From Macrostomum lignano (taxonomy: Eukaryota), in NCBI GenBank assembly GCA_002269645.1, contig NIVC01003316.1, positions 40,369 to 104,368 of the forward strand: DNA of 64,000 nt, read 5' to 3'. Below, in pieces: positions 52,143-63,606 of this stretch (its first letter is position 1; each line of letters starts with the position of its first letter). Below the pieces are notes generated by a model. That model saw only the letters and a program-made list of their open reading frames with translations, did no database searches and was not told the origin of the DNA. The position numbers and the translations under genes were made by a program.

Positions 52143-54515
52143 ACAAAATTTAAGTCAGCAATTGACAAAGGAAGCAAGAGGCCCAGCAGCAGCTAAAAAG
52201 CGAGACTTGGAATGTTCAATTTAAGTGAAAATAAACTCTCAATAAAAACTTGATTTGAAATTTCTTTATTTACATGCAGAGGGGCAAAAATGTGAGAAAA
52301 TCTTTTTTCTGGGCAATATGCAGCTGTTCACCTTTAATAAAATTTTGCTTGCATGGCTGCATGCCTGGCAAGGCATCTATACATTTTTAGACTTGCTGCA
52401 ATAGGGATTACTATCACCTGTCAGAGTTGCCAATTTCCATGTCACAGAAACAGTGCTATTGCAAATTTCTATAACTGCTGCTAGTATTTGTGTTGCATTG
52501 CATTGCATGATTTGTGATCAAAATATATTGTATTCATAGAAAGAATGTGACAATTTTACAAGGAATAAGTGATCAAGGATAAATGAAATACCTTTAACTA
52601 TTTTATCAATGTAGTATATGCTAGAAAAAGAAATTGGAAACTCAAATGATGCTCGAATTGGTTGAGAAATTTGTTTTGTGGATAATAGAAAGCTTCTTAT
52701 AAACTTGTTTGTTCAATCCCAGGATTGGGTCAATTTTTAGTCTGGGATCCTGGGATTGTAAAATGTCAGGTGAATAACTTATGCCGTATGCTATTCTACA
52801 TATTATTCTACACGTTATTCCACACATTATTCTGCATGTTATTCCATACGTTATTCTGCACATTTTTCTATACATTATTTTGCACATTATTCTGCATGTT
52901 ATTCCGCATGTTATTTGCATGTTATCAGGCATTTTTTCCACAATGTTCTATATAAAATTTACAAGCAATTTTTCCATTTTTATACATTTTAAATGTAAAG
53001 CAAAAGCCTACATGTACATGAGCTTGTTGTTATATTTTCCTGGATTACAAGTATATGTCATTTGTAAAATTATAATTGACTGCAACAGAGTAATATTGTA
53101 GTTGCAGAGTTGTAAGTTGAGTTGTATGCACAGAGACGGGGTTATGGAGAGGTTAGAGAAAGAGAAGAATGACTACTTATCAACATATATTAATTAATAA
53201 AAGAATCACATCATACATGTACAAGGTCACTACAAGATGCAAAATAAAGTGTTCTTTGATACTGAAAGAAGTTTACACTTTAATAAATATTATAAGTCCT
53301 AACACCAAATAAAAAACTAATATGTAGTAAGTAAACCATATTACTGCTTTAATTATGCTCTAAAAGCATTTAGCTATGAGGCATTATTTTTACAATTGTA
53401 TTTTATGCAGATTGTCGTACTTATTAAAACTATCTATATCTTCACGTTTTTTATGTGGAAATCATGTATTGATGCGTAAGTTAGACTAGTGCTAGCTTAA
53501 TGGTAGGAAATAGGTTAAAAAAGCAGATGTGCAGACTAATGTGCGGAATATAGTACGGAATAAAATTTGGAATAGCATGCGGAATAATGTGCGGATGTGC
53601 GGAATAATGTGCAGAATAATGCGTGCAGAAGAATTTGTGGAATAACGTGTGGAATACTGTGCGGAACAACATGCGGAACATTTGGAATAACTAGCGGAAC
53701 ATGCAGAATAATGTGCAGAATAACATGCATACTATCGACTGTGTAGTGTATGTTATAGTTACACTCATTAAAATGTCTAGGATTTGGGACCCCTAGTGCA
53801 AAGCCAATGCATGCCCAATTTTTTTTTAGATCTAGACTAGTAAAAAATCTAGACTAGTATATATAATGATCTAGACTAGTATAATATCTAGACTAGTATA
53901 GGCCCTATATAATGACCTAGACATGAGTGTAACATACACCGCAAGTTATTATGCATGTTATTCCGCACGTTCCGCTAGTTATTCCACATGGTCCGCATGT
54001 TGTTCCGCACAATATTCCACACATTATTCCACACGTTTTTCCGCACGTTATTCTGCACGCTATTCCGCACATTATTCTGAATATTATTCTGCACGCTATT
54101 TCGAATTTTATTCTGCATGTTATTCCGCATTTTATTCCACACGTTATTCCGCACATTATTCCGAATATTATTCCGCACGCTATTCCCAATTTTTATTCCA
54201 CACAATAGTCCGCACATCTTCTTTTTTAACATATTTCCCACCAAGGGCCTTTTCATATTGCTTGTTCTGGTTCTAGAACCAGAACCAATTTGTGAAGTAT
54301 AACTTTTAGTCTCCATAACTAGAGGGAGATACGTGCTATAAAGTTTTTATTATTAAATGACAATTGCCAAGAAGAAAGTGAAAAATTGTGCTAAGTGAGG
54401 TTGTATAGGCAGTCAAATATTAACAGAGTTTAATAGTTATTGCTGTTTTTCTTGTAATTCCGAACTGATTCTGGTTCTGTGGTAGAGTTGCTCGCTTAAT
54501 TAATAGCAAATAAAT

Positions 54516-55338
54516 AAAGCTTAAGATCAACATTTATGGCAGGTGTCTTTTGGTTTTTTCCCACATAAGAGATATTCTGATCTTCAGAACAACAAAATTT
54601 ATAGACGACACCTGCAACTAGAGCACGAGGAACACGGGACTTGAGATTGCTGACAATCTCAGCAGCAATCTCAGCAACTTGTTGAGATTGAGATTTGTTG
54701 CAATCTCAGCAACAAAACTTGTCAGCAATCTCAAGTCCCATGTTCCTCGTGCTCTAGTTGCAGGTGTCGTCTATAAATTTTGTTGTTCTGAAGATCAGAA
54801 TATCTCTTATGTGGGAAAAACCAAAAGACACCTGCACACCAGAGTTAGGGAGCATTGGCTGAAAAAATCTGCTATCCAGGACCACCTTCTGGAATGCAAG
54901 GGCTGCTGTGACAGAGAACAGATTGAATTGTTTAAAATTATTGACTGTGCTAACTCTGAATTCAAGCTTAGCATTCTTGAAGCGCTGCACATCAAAGCTC
55001 AAAATCCCAGTCTCAATGTGCAGTTGCTACATAGTATTGCGGGCTACCTTCTTAGGGTGTTTTGAGTTTGATTATTTTTTGTTGCGTGTACATTTTGTTT
55101 TTTTACATCTGTTTGCCTTCTCTCTCTCTCTCTCCCATTATTCTCGCTTAACTCCAACCCCTAGTTTTTTATGTTTTTCGTACATTGGTTACCCTCCCGT
55201 TTTCAATTTGACACTTGAGATAGTACAATTGTTTGCTTATTTATATTGAGTGTTTCGTTCAGTGATAAAATATACCCTGAGGACGGCCCTAGTGGGTTGA
55301 AATGCATTGGTTTTCGCCATAAATGTTGATCTTAAGCT
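54516..55338 (+). mobile_element. 5'-truncated Penelope-like retroelement (GIY-YIG endonuclease end plus 3' tail) with inverted 5' segment
   Basis: ORF 54679-55065 reads GVVYKFCC…SYVGKTKRHLHTRVREH…KLSILEALHIKAQNPSLNVQ (PLE-type GIY-YIG). 54539-54655 is the reverse complement of 54720-54835, and 54516-54540 is the reverse complement of about 55316-55338. Confidence 0.9.
55274..55311 (+). ncRNA. Degenerate minimal type I hammerhead ribozyme in the Penelope 3' region
   Basis: ACC-CTGAGGA-C-GGCCC-TAGT-GGGTT-GAAA-TGCA-TT-GGT: stem I ACC/GGT, CUGANGA core, stem II, GAAA, palindromic loopless stem III ATGCAT. Confidence 0.65.
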
Positions 55339-57144
55339 TGATTCTGGTTCTGGAATTGGTAATATGAAAAGGCCCCTAGTCTAACTTACGCGTTCCATAC
55401 ATAATTTCCACATCAAAAACGTGAGGATATAGATAGTTTTTAATAAGTATGACAATCTGCATAAAATATAATTGTAAAAAAAGCTAAATTAGCTAAATAC
55501 AGTAATATGGTTTACTTACTACACATTAGTTTTTTATTTGGTGTTAGCTTATAATATTTATTAAAGCGTAAACTTCTTTCAGTATCAAAGAACACTTTAT
55601 TTTGCATCCTGTAGTGACCTTGTACATGTATGATATGATTCTTTCATTAATTTGATATATGTTGATAAGTAGTCACTTTTATCTTCTTTTCTCTACCTCT
55701 CAGCGACGCCAGCTCTGTGCATGCAACTCTGTAACTCAACTTACAACTCTGCAACTACAGTACTCTGTTGCAGTCAATTATAATTTTAAGAATGCCATGT
55801 ACATGTACTTGCATAATTTAGGAAAATATATAACGACAAGCTCATGTACATTAGGCTTTTGCTTTACATTTAAAATGTATCAAATGGAAAAATTACTTGT
55901 AAATTTTATACAGAACATCGTGGAAAAATGCCTAATAACATGTGAAAAAAGTGCAGAATAATTTGCTGAATAATGTGCGGAATAATGTGCGGAATAACGT
56001 ACAGAAAAACATGCGGAATAACATATGGAATAACATGCGGAATTACGTGCAGAATAACATGCGGCATAAGTTATTCACGTGACCTAGACTAGGCCTAGTA
56101 TAAATAAAATCTAGGAAATCACATTAGGCCTAGAAGGCAAAATATTTACTAAAGGGTAAAATATATAAACCTAGGATCTGAGAACTTGCCATAGGGTAGA
56201 ATCTACTAGAGTATAAGCTATGACTTTCTGATCTTATTAATGCCTAGACTAGGCCTAACAGAAAACCTCAATAAGAAAGAGCCATGATATATAACATATA
56301 GCATAGGATAAAATACAATGTTATAAACCAGACCACTCAGGCCAATAGTGCATACACTCTACTAGCTTTATATGATTTATATTATATGATCAAGATACTC
56401 GTATATTAGAAGATAGCCCTGCAAGTTGCAACTTGGTGGCTTAATGGGTAGGCCCCTAGCCTAGGATAGCACCAGGCACCCTATTAAAATTTTGGTGGCA
56501 TCAAAAGGACTGCAATTCTGCAAGTTAGTATTGCGGTCCCGTTTTCAAAAATAACAGGATCTGGTGCTGCGCTTGCGCCTAAAGAGTATACCTAATTGAA
56601 CCGGTTATTAATATTTATCCCAAGGACGACTTAAGTAGAAGGACGGGAAACCTCGTTTCTTAGAAAATTTTTGAAGGCACTTTTTCCCGAAAAAATACAC
56701 TACGGAGATAGGAAATTTTCATTTTTTCAGCACAAAAATTGCTATTACTTTTGATAGGAGGCAGATTTATCCTTGCTTGCATGCAATTTATATGAATTTG
56801 GCCTGACGATAAATGAACAACCAAAGCGTGAGTTCAAACGTGCTAAAAAGAATATAAAATTTAAATTAAGTAAATAACTGTGACACAACGAAGTTGAAAC
56901 TGAAGAACATAAAAAGCTATAGTACAGCAGTTCTATAGTGGTTTTTAATTAATAAATTAAAACTTTTTTCGTTAACTTTGTTATAAAGATTAAAATTAGC
57001 TATACAACCGTTAAAGAAAACTATAAAAAGACGAGCGCGATCAATCGAATTTTAGCTAGATAGCCAACGTTTTCAGTCAGCTTTGAAAACTAATCCTTTA
57101 TATATATATATAGTTTTTGTGGCACGTCTAAACTTGCAACTAAC

Positions 57145-57647
57145 ATGTGGAGCGAAAAAATTTCCAACATTGCTGCAATTTTCCTACTTTCAACTTTCGC
57201 TACTCTTCCAATTCTGTCCATGGCTGTTCCAGGGACTCTTGGTGACCGTTTTTCTGCTATTAGCCCATCTGATCATCAAGGTAGCTTAGTTCTGTCGCGA
57301 CTGGGTAAATTTAATTGTGTCTGCCATCAATTCCTGTTCATGCAGTGTATATAGATATCATTTAATGTAGTGCGCGCTGTACAATATATTATAGCTAATT
57401 AAATTTTTTTTAATTCAAACTTTGCTGTTGCCGGTTGCCGCTGCTCTACTTGCAAATTAAATGAACTTTTTTCTAATACATTTCAGCTGCCGTCTCTTCT
57501 CCGGACGAACTAAAGCTTCTGGCTACAAAGCGCTCCTATCTACCGCTCTTTAACTATCTAGCCGACTACATGAGTTCCCTTCAGGCCCGCAATAGAAATC
57601 GCAATTCTCGCGGCCACTCAGCCTCGAAGGGCAAGGGCAATTACTGA
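57145..57647 (+). CDS. Small secreted prohormone-like protein (98 aa, or 106 aa with the alternative donor), two exons
   Basis: Exon 1 is 57145-57280 (alternative donor 57304; both phase 1). Exon 2 is 57487-57647 after a CTAAT branch and TTTCAG acceptor. Spliced: MWSEKISNIAAIFLLSTFATLPILSMAVPGTLGDRFSAISPSDHQAAVSSPDELKLLATKRSYLPLFNYLADYMSSLQARNRNRNSRGHSASKGKGNY*. Confidence 0.6.
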
Positions 57648-58984
57648 TTCGTAGCCGGAATCTGTTACAACTTCGATCTTGAGCCGTATCAATCGACAAA
57701 CAAAACTTTTTCTGTCGTCTTGACTTTGCTGTTGCGGCTCGCGCTACTAGATAATTGTTTTGATTAAATCAAACATATTTACGACTAAACAGATTAGAAA
57801 GCTGCAAGAATGTACTAATGTATTCAGTTAATTAACAAATATAAAGTTAAAAAAGTATGGGCCTTTCCCCCAGGAAAATTAATTACAAGCATACTGTTTC
57901 AAAACTGCGGACAAATTTATTACGAACTTTTTGTTGTCAAGCAATCCATTTGGCGCCATTCCGGGCTGCGTGTTTTTGGTCCTAATTTTTTAAATCCCCC
58001 ATGCAGATGCTTTTTTGTTTTTTTCATCAGCACAATATTCACGAAATATACTAAAATATAGTCTGTGGTCTTATTCAAGGCATTTAAAAACGTAATTCCG
58101 GTTTGCTTCTTTATGGTCGATTTTTTAAATTACAAATTTTGTTAAATATGTTCAGCCGTATGTGTATTGCAGACAAGGTTAGAAAAATCGTTTGCCTAGC
58201 AACTAAGGACCTCCTTACCAAAGGGATCCGTCCCATGCAGTGCAGAGGCCCGCATACTGCATGTACATGTGTATCTGAGATTGGGAACGGGACATACCAT
58301 CCAAGCTGAGTCGTTGAGGCGTCAATGATTCGAGCAATGCTGTTTATTTTTAGTGATGATGCACAGCCACAGTCGTTGGGGTGCAATTATTGTAGGGAAG
58401 TCAGCGTGTGTGCACTTAACCTCTGCTGAGCTTTCCATGCTAACGGAAACATTAAGTCACGATTTTATTATCATCCTACACATTGTATGGCTCTTAGCTC
58501 TTAGGAAAATCCGAATCTAAAGAAAATAAGCTGCATCCTTGTCCAGGAGGTGTATCAAAAATATCATTCATGTACACTGGAGATAGAAAGTGTTCAGTTT
58601 TTCTGCCTTAGATTCGCAATAACCTCACCGTCTGGACATCCGAATGCCAAATAAAGCAATATTGCATGTAACCGCGGCATTGCCCCAGATGCATTCGCGA
58701 AACTGTCGAGAAAAGGTTTGAAAAGGCATTATTTGAGAGCTAAAACACTCGAATTAATGGATGATTCAAAAAAGGGCAACACAAATTAGCTTACCGCATG
58801 CTAGCTATCACTTCTGCCTGTCACCCTGTAATTTAGCAGCTCCTCAGTAAACATCAGCAAGTTTTCTTTCTCGAAACTTTTGTCCCAAAGCAGGATGTAG
58901 GGATTCGGCAGCTGCATTGCGGACAGCATCCACCCGCGGTGCCGCCAGATCTAGTCAAATGCTAGCGCAACAATAGCAGCGGTC

Positions 58985-59130
58985 AGCCAAAGTAAATCCA
59001 AAAAAGTCTCCTTGCGCAAAGACGCGGTCACGAATGAACTCCCACAGAAAAAAGTCAACTGGATTCAAATCCGGCAGCCTGGCCGGCCAAGGTGTGTCAC
59101 GATTGAAGTGTGTGCAGGAGCACCGTTTCA
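58985..59130 (-). pseudogene. Tc1/mariner-superfamily transposase fragment
   Basis: WPARLPDLNPVDFFLWEFIRDRVFA matches the WPxxSPDLNPxDFFLWGxLKxxVY motif. No TIRs located. Confidence 0.7.
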
Positions 59131-59254
59131 CGCGCCACCGGAGGGGGGACATGTCCCCCCGTAAATGCTTTGGGGGACATGCCAATGCTTTGTCCCCCAT
59201 CCCATCTTGTGACCCGTTGAGGAAAAAAATAACTTTGCTTCAGGGTACCAAAGT

Positions 59255-59720
59255 GAGTCTTCGGCACCAAAATGAGTGCCTGCAGCGCCAAAATGAGTGC
59301 TTGCGGCGCCAAAATAAGTGCCTGCAGCGCCAAAATGAGTGCTTGCGGCGCCAAAATAAGTGCCTGCAGCGCCAAAATGAGTGCTTGCGGCGCCAAAATA
59401 AGTGCCTGCAGCGCCAAAATGAGTGCTTGCGGCGCCAAAATGAGTTCCTGCGGCGCCAAATTAGAGTCTTCGGCACCAAAATGAGTGCCTGCAGCGCCAA
59501 AATGAGTGCTTGCGGCGCCAAAATGAGTGCCCGCGGCTCCAGAACGAGTGCTTGCGGCGCCAAAATGAGTGCTTGCGGCGCCAAAATGAGTGCTTGCGGC
59601 GCCAAAATGAGTGCCTGCGACGCCAAAATGAGTGCCTGCAGCGCCAAAATGAGTGCCTGCGGCGCCAAAATGAGTGTCTACAGCGCCACAATGAGTGCCT
59701 GCGACGCCAAAATGAGCGTT
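59255..59720. repeat. 21 bp minisatellite (CGGCGCCAAAATGAGTGCTTG)n
   Basis: About 22 units, flanked by GGGGACATGTCCCC-type words (59145-59200, 59770-59780) typical of hAT MITE subtermini. Confidence 0.93.
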
Positions 59721-61063
59721 AACAACACCGATTCTCAAAAAAGTGCACATGTATGTAGAATTCTTGGCTTTGTCCCCCAACCATAAAATCCATGAAGACA
59801 CCCTGACGTCAAAAAATCTTACTTGCGTCACGCCACTCCGTGGCATGCCAGTGTTTCCTTTGTGCGATAATTGCAGCAATATTTTTGGATTGAAGTTTTC
59901 GCACCAAACCGCAAAAAGACCATTGCAGCGAAGTTTGGTTGAGAATTCCTACAGGTTTTAAACTGTCTTGCAGCAGCATTCAATGTGCACTTTTCAGCTC
60001 AACAACTTGCTTTCTGAAAACTGCTTTCAGACCAAATTTTCTTGACAGACAACTTGCTAATGTTTACTGTGGAACTGTTCAATTACAGAGTGACAGGCAG
60101 AAGTGCAGCAAGCGCTGAATAAAGATGCACTAAAGAGACAGGAACAACGTCGGAAAAAATGAAATTCTCTGTCCTCCCGGAACTTCCGTACAAAACGCTT
60201 CAAAGCTGAACCACCTCAGATCCGCCTCGTGCATTCGGAGCAAAGGTGAAGCTTCAATTCCTCTGCCGCGATGACGCACCTGCAGGAAGCAAAAATGCAA
60301 TTTGGCGAGAGCCACCTGAGCACCTGCTGCTGCTCTCTTTGAGCACAGATGGCTTCATGACCAGCCAATTATCTTGAGTAGCGGCAGCTCAAAACACCTC
60401 TAGTTGGGAAAATTTTCCCCAATTATCGGCTTTGATAAATGTTTAGTTGGTGCAGATTCTCTGCGGATAATTGCGAAAATCGCAGCGGCAGCTGGGACCA
60501 AATTAATAGAAAAATTTCGATGCAGACGATTTTGGTCCATTATCTTATTTTCCTGCAGCTGAGCTCGAAATCTTTTACAGATTTGCTTTTCATTGATGAA
60601 AGATGCAAATCTTTTTTGCCCCAGCTTCGGGTACCTGTTCTCGAAGGTCCAAAAATAGTATTCTGAACTTCACGTGAAAATTCAGCTAAAAACAATTTCT
60701 ACTTGTAAATACAACTCCATTTATTTCAAATTTGACGTCGCAACTAAAAAAAAACTGGGGCGGAGTTGGACTTCAAAATTTGAAAAACGAAAAAACGGAC
60801 TTCTTGAACTGCAGGTCACTACCGAGCCTCCGGTGTATTGAGCAAATTTTATTAAATTTTTTGGTCTCTGGGCCTCTATTGACAGTTAGGTTAGTGAGCA
60901 AATTAATCCCTTGCTTAGGAATCTTCCCTCCATATTCCCCTGATTAATGGTTTTTAGCTACATGGGTATGGGCTCGAGCTACATGAAAATTGGTTTAAAA
61001 ATGTAACTGTGCCGATAAATTTCACAGTGCCTACAGTTCGAGAAGTCCGAAAAATAGGCATAC

Positions 61064-62096
61064 GCGATGAAATATGCAAACGGATTGTCGGACAAACGGA
61101 GTGCTGCATGAGCAGGTGCAAGAAGGGTCTGCAATGAGAGGCAGGAAAAGCGCTCTCCAACGTCACTCAGAGTTGACCTTCAGCGCCCTCAGCGTCTCCG
61201 CTAGGCCCCGATTGTGCCGCTGCTCCATCAGTTTGGACACCTGCACGGAGTTTGTAGTTAATTAGTCTGGCTTTGGGCGCTTAACACACTCGCTCACACA
61301 GGATGTACAGCGGCTTATGACTTTTGCATTGTCAGGCATATGTACACCCCACTCTGCGTGTTCGAATCGAATGCAACCCCGGGGTATTTCTAGCTTGAGT
61401 CTGACGCACTCGATAGCAGCTGAGCTAGCTGTACTCTGCCCCGTCCCATACCTGCACAGTAAGGTCCTGGTTAAACGCTTCGGCGCCTCTGTCGTTGCGG
61501 TTGTTGGACAGCACGACCGGCCCAGCCAGGCGAGTCACCATCGTGTTGGCGAAGTCCAGGCGTCGCAGCACCAGCACCTCCAGATTGAAGCTGGCTCCGC
61601 TGCGCTCCAGGTGCGAGAACGAGTCCAACACCGGATAGTCGTCCTCCGTAACGATGATTCGAAGCCGGAAATCCTCCCGTTCCGGGTCCGGCTGCAGCAC
61701 CGAGACCACCATTGCCTCTACGTCGCCGACAACCTGCAGGTTGTACTCGATCAGGCGGTAGATGAGGCGCGAGTCGGCGCTGGTGGAGAAGAACAAGCTG
61801 GGCGCCAGCTGGGCCAGGCCTCTCGCAGTTGTTTTTCGATGCATTTGAATTCGAGTTTCTGCTCGTTTGCAAAAACCGGCTGCGCGAAAGGACGAACTTT
61901 TTATAATTTTAGTCAAGCGCTTTTTGTGCACTTTCGAATTGTCTATGTCCACTGCCGCCAAGTTTTGCTCGATCTGCTGCATTTTAATCTTGATAAACTT
62001 GAAAAATTCGTGCAAGATTCTTGAAAGATAATCTTGAAAATCTTTAGGGACACAAAGCAAATAACCAAATTTTCTATTCGCCTTCTGCTTATCCAA
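61064..62096 (-). CDS. Spliced gene of unknown function
   Basis: 223-aa open frame ending at a CAG|GTATGG donor (61452). Phase-consistent exons follow at 61240-61178 (VSKLMEQRHNRGLAETLRALK) and 61128-61064 (TLLAPAHAALRLSDNPFAYFI). Start and 3' end unresolved; no family recognised. Confidence 0.6.
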
Positions 62097-62891
62097 AGAT
62101 CATTTAATGGATTTTCGACTTTGATTGTAGAGTGCCACTGGTGGACAACTTTTTAGTCTCAATAACGAATTTTGTCTTCTTTTCACTTCTCGCGCAATCA
62201 ACTGACAGCTAATTTCATCTCGAACCCAATTTGGTCTTCTGACATTTCCACACTTTCTTTAAAATTCCCTAACACAATCTGCCGCACAGACAGATGAAGG
62301 TCTATTGACAGAAATCAAGAAGGCTGGGCAGACTGCAGACAGAATGCACAGACAGCCGACAGTATGCAGACAGAAACCCGATGATGTCCCTGATCTAATT
62401 AATATCAATTAACGATAGTTCATCGTCAAAGAAAAGGATCTTTTGACAGTACAGTACGGCCTTTTTGGGTATTTTACTTGGCGCTTACACGCTTGTTTGA
62501 CTACTTCTAGTCAAGCTAAACGCATTTTAAGTTTATTTTTGCTTCAAAGTGTCTTCTTACCAAGATGGCTCGTACTATCAAATATACCTTTTCAACTTCG
62601 GATTCGTCAAAAGTGAGTTTAAATTCGTCAGCGTATGCAAAACTATATAGCGCTCAAGGGGAAGAGAATGAGTGTCTATGGTAAATTTTTAGAGAAAGTG
62701 ACTTCGAATTCGTCTAAGTAAGTGAAATTCGTCAGTGAAAATACAGCCTGATCAGAAAAAGTGTTTGCTTTGTCCATGGCAAGAAAAGAAGGTGTCTTTG
62801 GTAAATTTAAGTAAGAAAGTGAGTGAAGTTCGTCTGTGGAAAAGTAGCCCAATTTCCTGAAATCTTCATTTCATGCTTTGATTGTTGTCAG

Positions 62892-62985
62892 AGATGCCCT
62901 ACAATTGCCCGCAGAAATGCCCGCAGACGAATTGCCCGTCGAGATTTTCCCGCCGAGATTTTTCCCACCGAGCCCCCACATAAGC
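62892..62985. mobile_element. Probable single DNA-transposon terminus with subterminal repeats
   Basis: GAGATGCCCTACAATTGCCCG followed by repeated AATGCCCG/ATTGCCCG/ATTTTCCCG words. Partner end not in the window. Confidence 0.4.
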
Positions 62986-63159
62986 CAGCTAAAATTTAAT
63001 ATTCAGAAAAAGTTGTATGTATGCAATGAGTCAGAGTCTATGGTATGAACTAAATGGTTCGTACTGTTTCATTTTTACCAGACTACCATAGACTGTCCTA
63101 CGAAACAGTGCTATATAGGAAAGGAGAAAGGACTTCTCAGTTGACTGACGAGCTGTAAA

Positions 63160-63606
63160 ATGACTACGACCCGGCTTCTTCATTGGGACGCTTTCCCTGG
63201 CGGAATGATAAGTGGACTTATTGGCGCCGAGATCGAGAAGTACATGGATGATTTCGACTTGAAGAAAGCTGCTGAAGCACTTTCTCTCGAGGATGTTGAT
63301 CAAGTGTTCGCATTGGAACAGTTGGATAAGGAGTGTTGCGTTGCCAGTTCCGAGTATCAAGAGAGGAGCTCAGTAAAGCGACTGAATGACTTCATTGACG
63401 CGAATCGGCGAACGGATCCATTCAAGTTTGACATCGCGAAGTGTGAACGCTCTGCGCTGGCGTATGTGCTACGCCTTTTCTATGGACTTGAAGAAGGCCA
63501 ACGGAGGTTTCTACTCGCCAGCTTCGTGCAGACCTGTATCGCTATTTTTAGAAAATCGGGCATTCAACATCATTTCAGAGATTATTCCTTTGTAATTTGT
63601 ACGTAA
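63160..63606 (+). CDS. Hypothetical protein (148-aa open frame, possibly a first exon)
   Basis: ATG-initiated, non-repetitive, helical-looking composition; possible donor near 63602. No family recognised. Confidence 0.5.
   Translation: MTTTRLLHWDAFPGGMISGLIGAEIEKYMDDFDLKKAAEALSLEDVDQVFALEQLDKECCVASSEYQERSSVKRLNDFIDANRRTDPFKFDIAKCERSALAYVLRLFYGLEEGQRRFLLASFVQTCIAIFRKSGIQHHFRDYSFVICT

Larger units (their letters stand above)
52765..56083. repeat. 3.3-kb nested inverted-repeat (foldback) structure
   Basis: Outer arms 52765-53489 and 55376-56083 are diverged reverse complements. An inner hairpin has arms about 53495-53730 and about 53930-54245. Four 12-bp (TATTCCGCACAT)n arrays lie in +,-,+,- orientation. 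Confidence 0.88.

Noticed and set aside
56435-56500. tRNA A-box-like GGTGGCTTAATGG (possible SINE head)
   Set aside because: No B box or cloverleaf downstream.
60927-60947. PPYSPD mariner-like motif on the plus strand
   Set aside because: Followed immediately by a stop, with no upstream DNA-PH or other transposase motifs. Likely chance.
61560-61670. RIIVTEDDYPVLDSF resembling the start of a response-regulator receiver domain
   Set aside because: The remaining receiver landmarks (phospho-Asp strand, T/S, K-P) are not convincingly placed. A profile or structure search would be needed.
62097-62260. In-frame TGA separating the 223-aa ORF from 52 more open codons upstream (selenocysteine or read-through?)
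   Set aside because: The upstream stretch is short, closed by a TAA and has no start; no SECIS seen.
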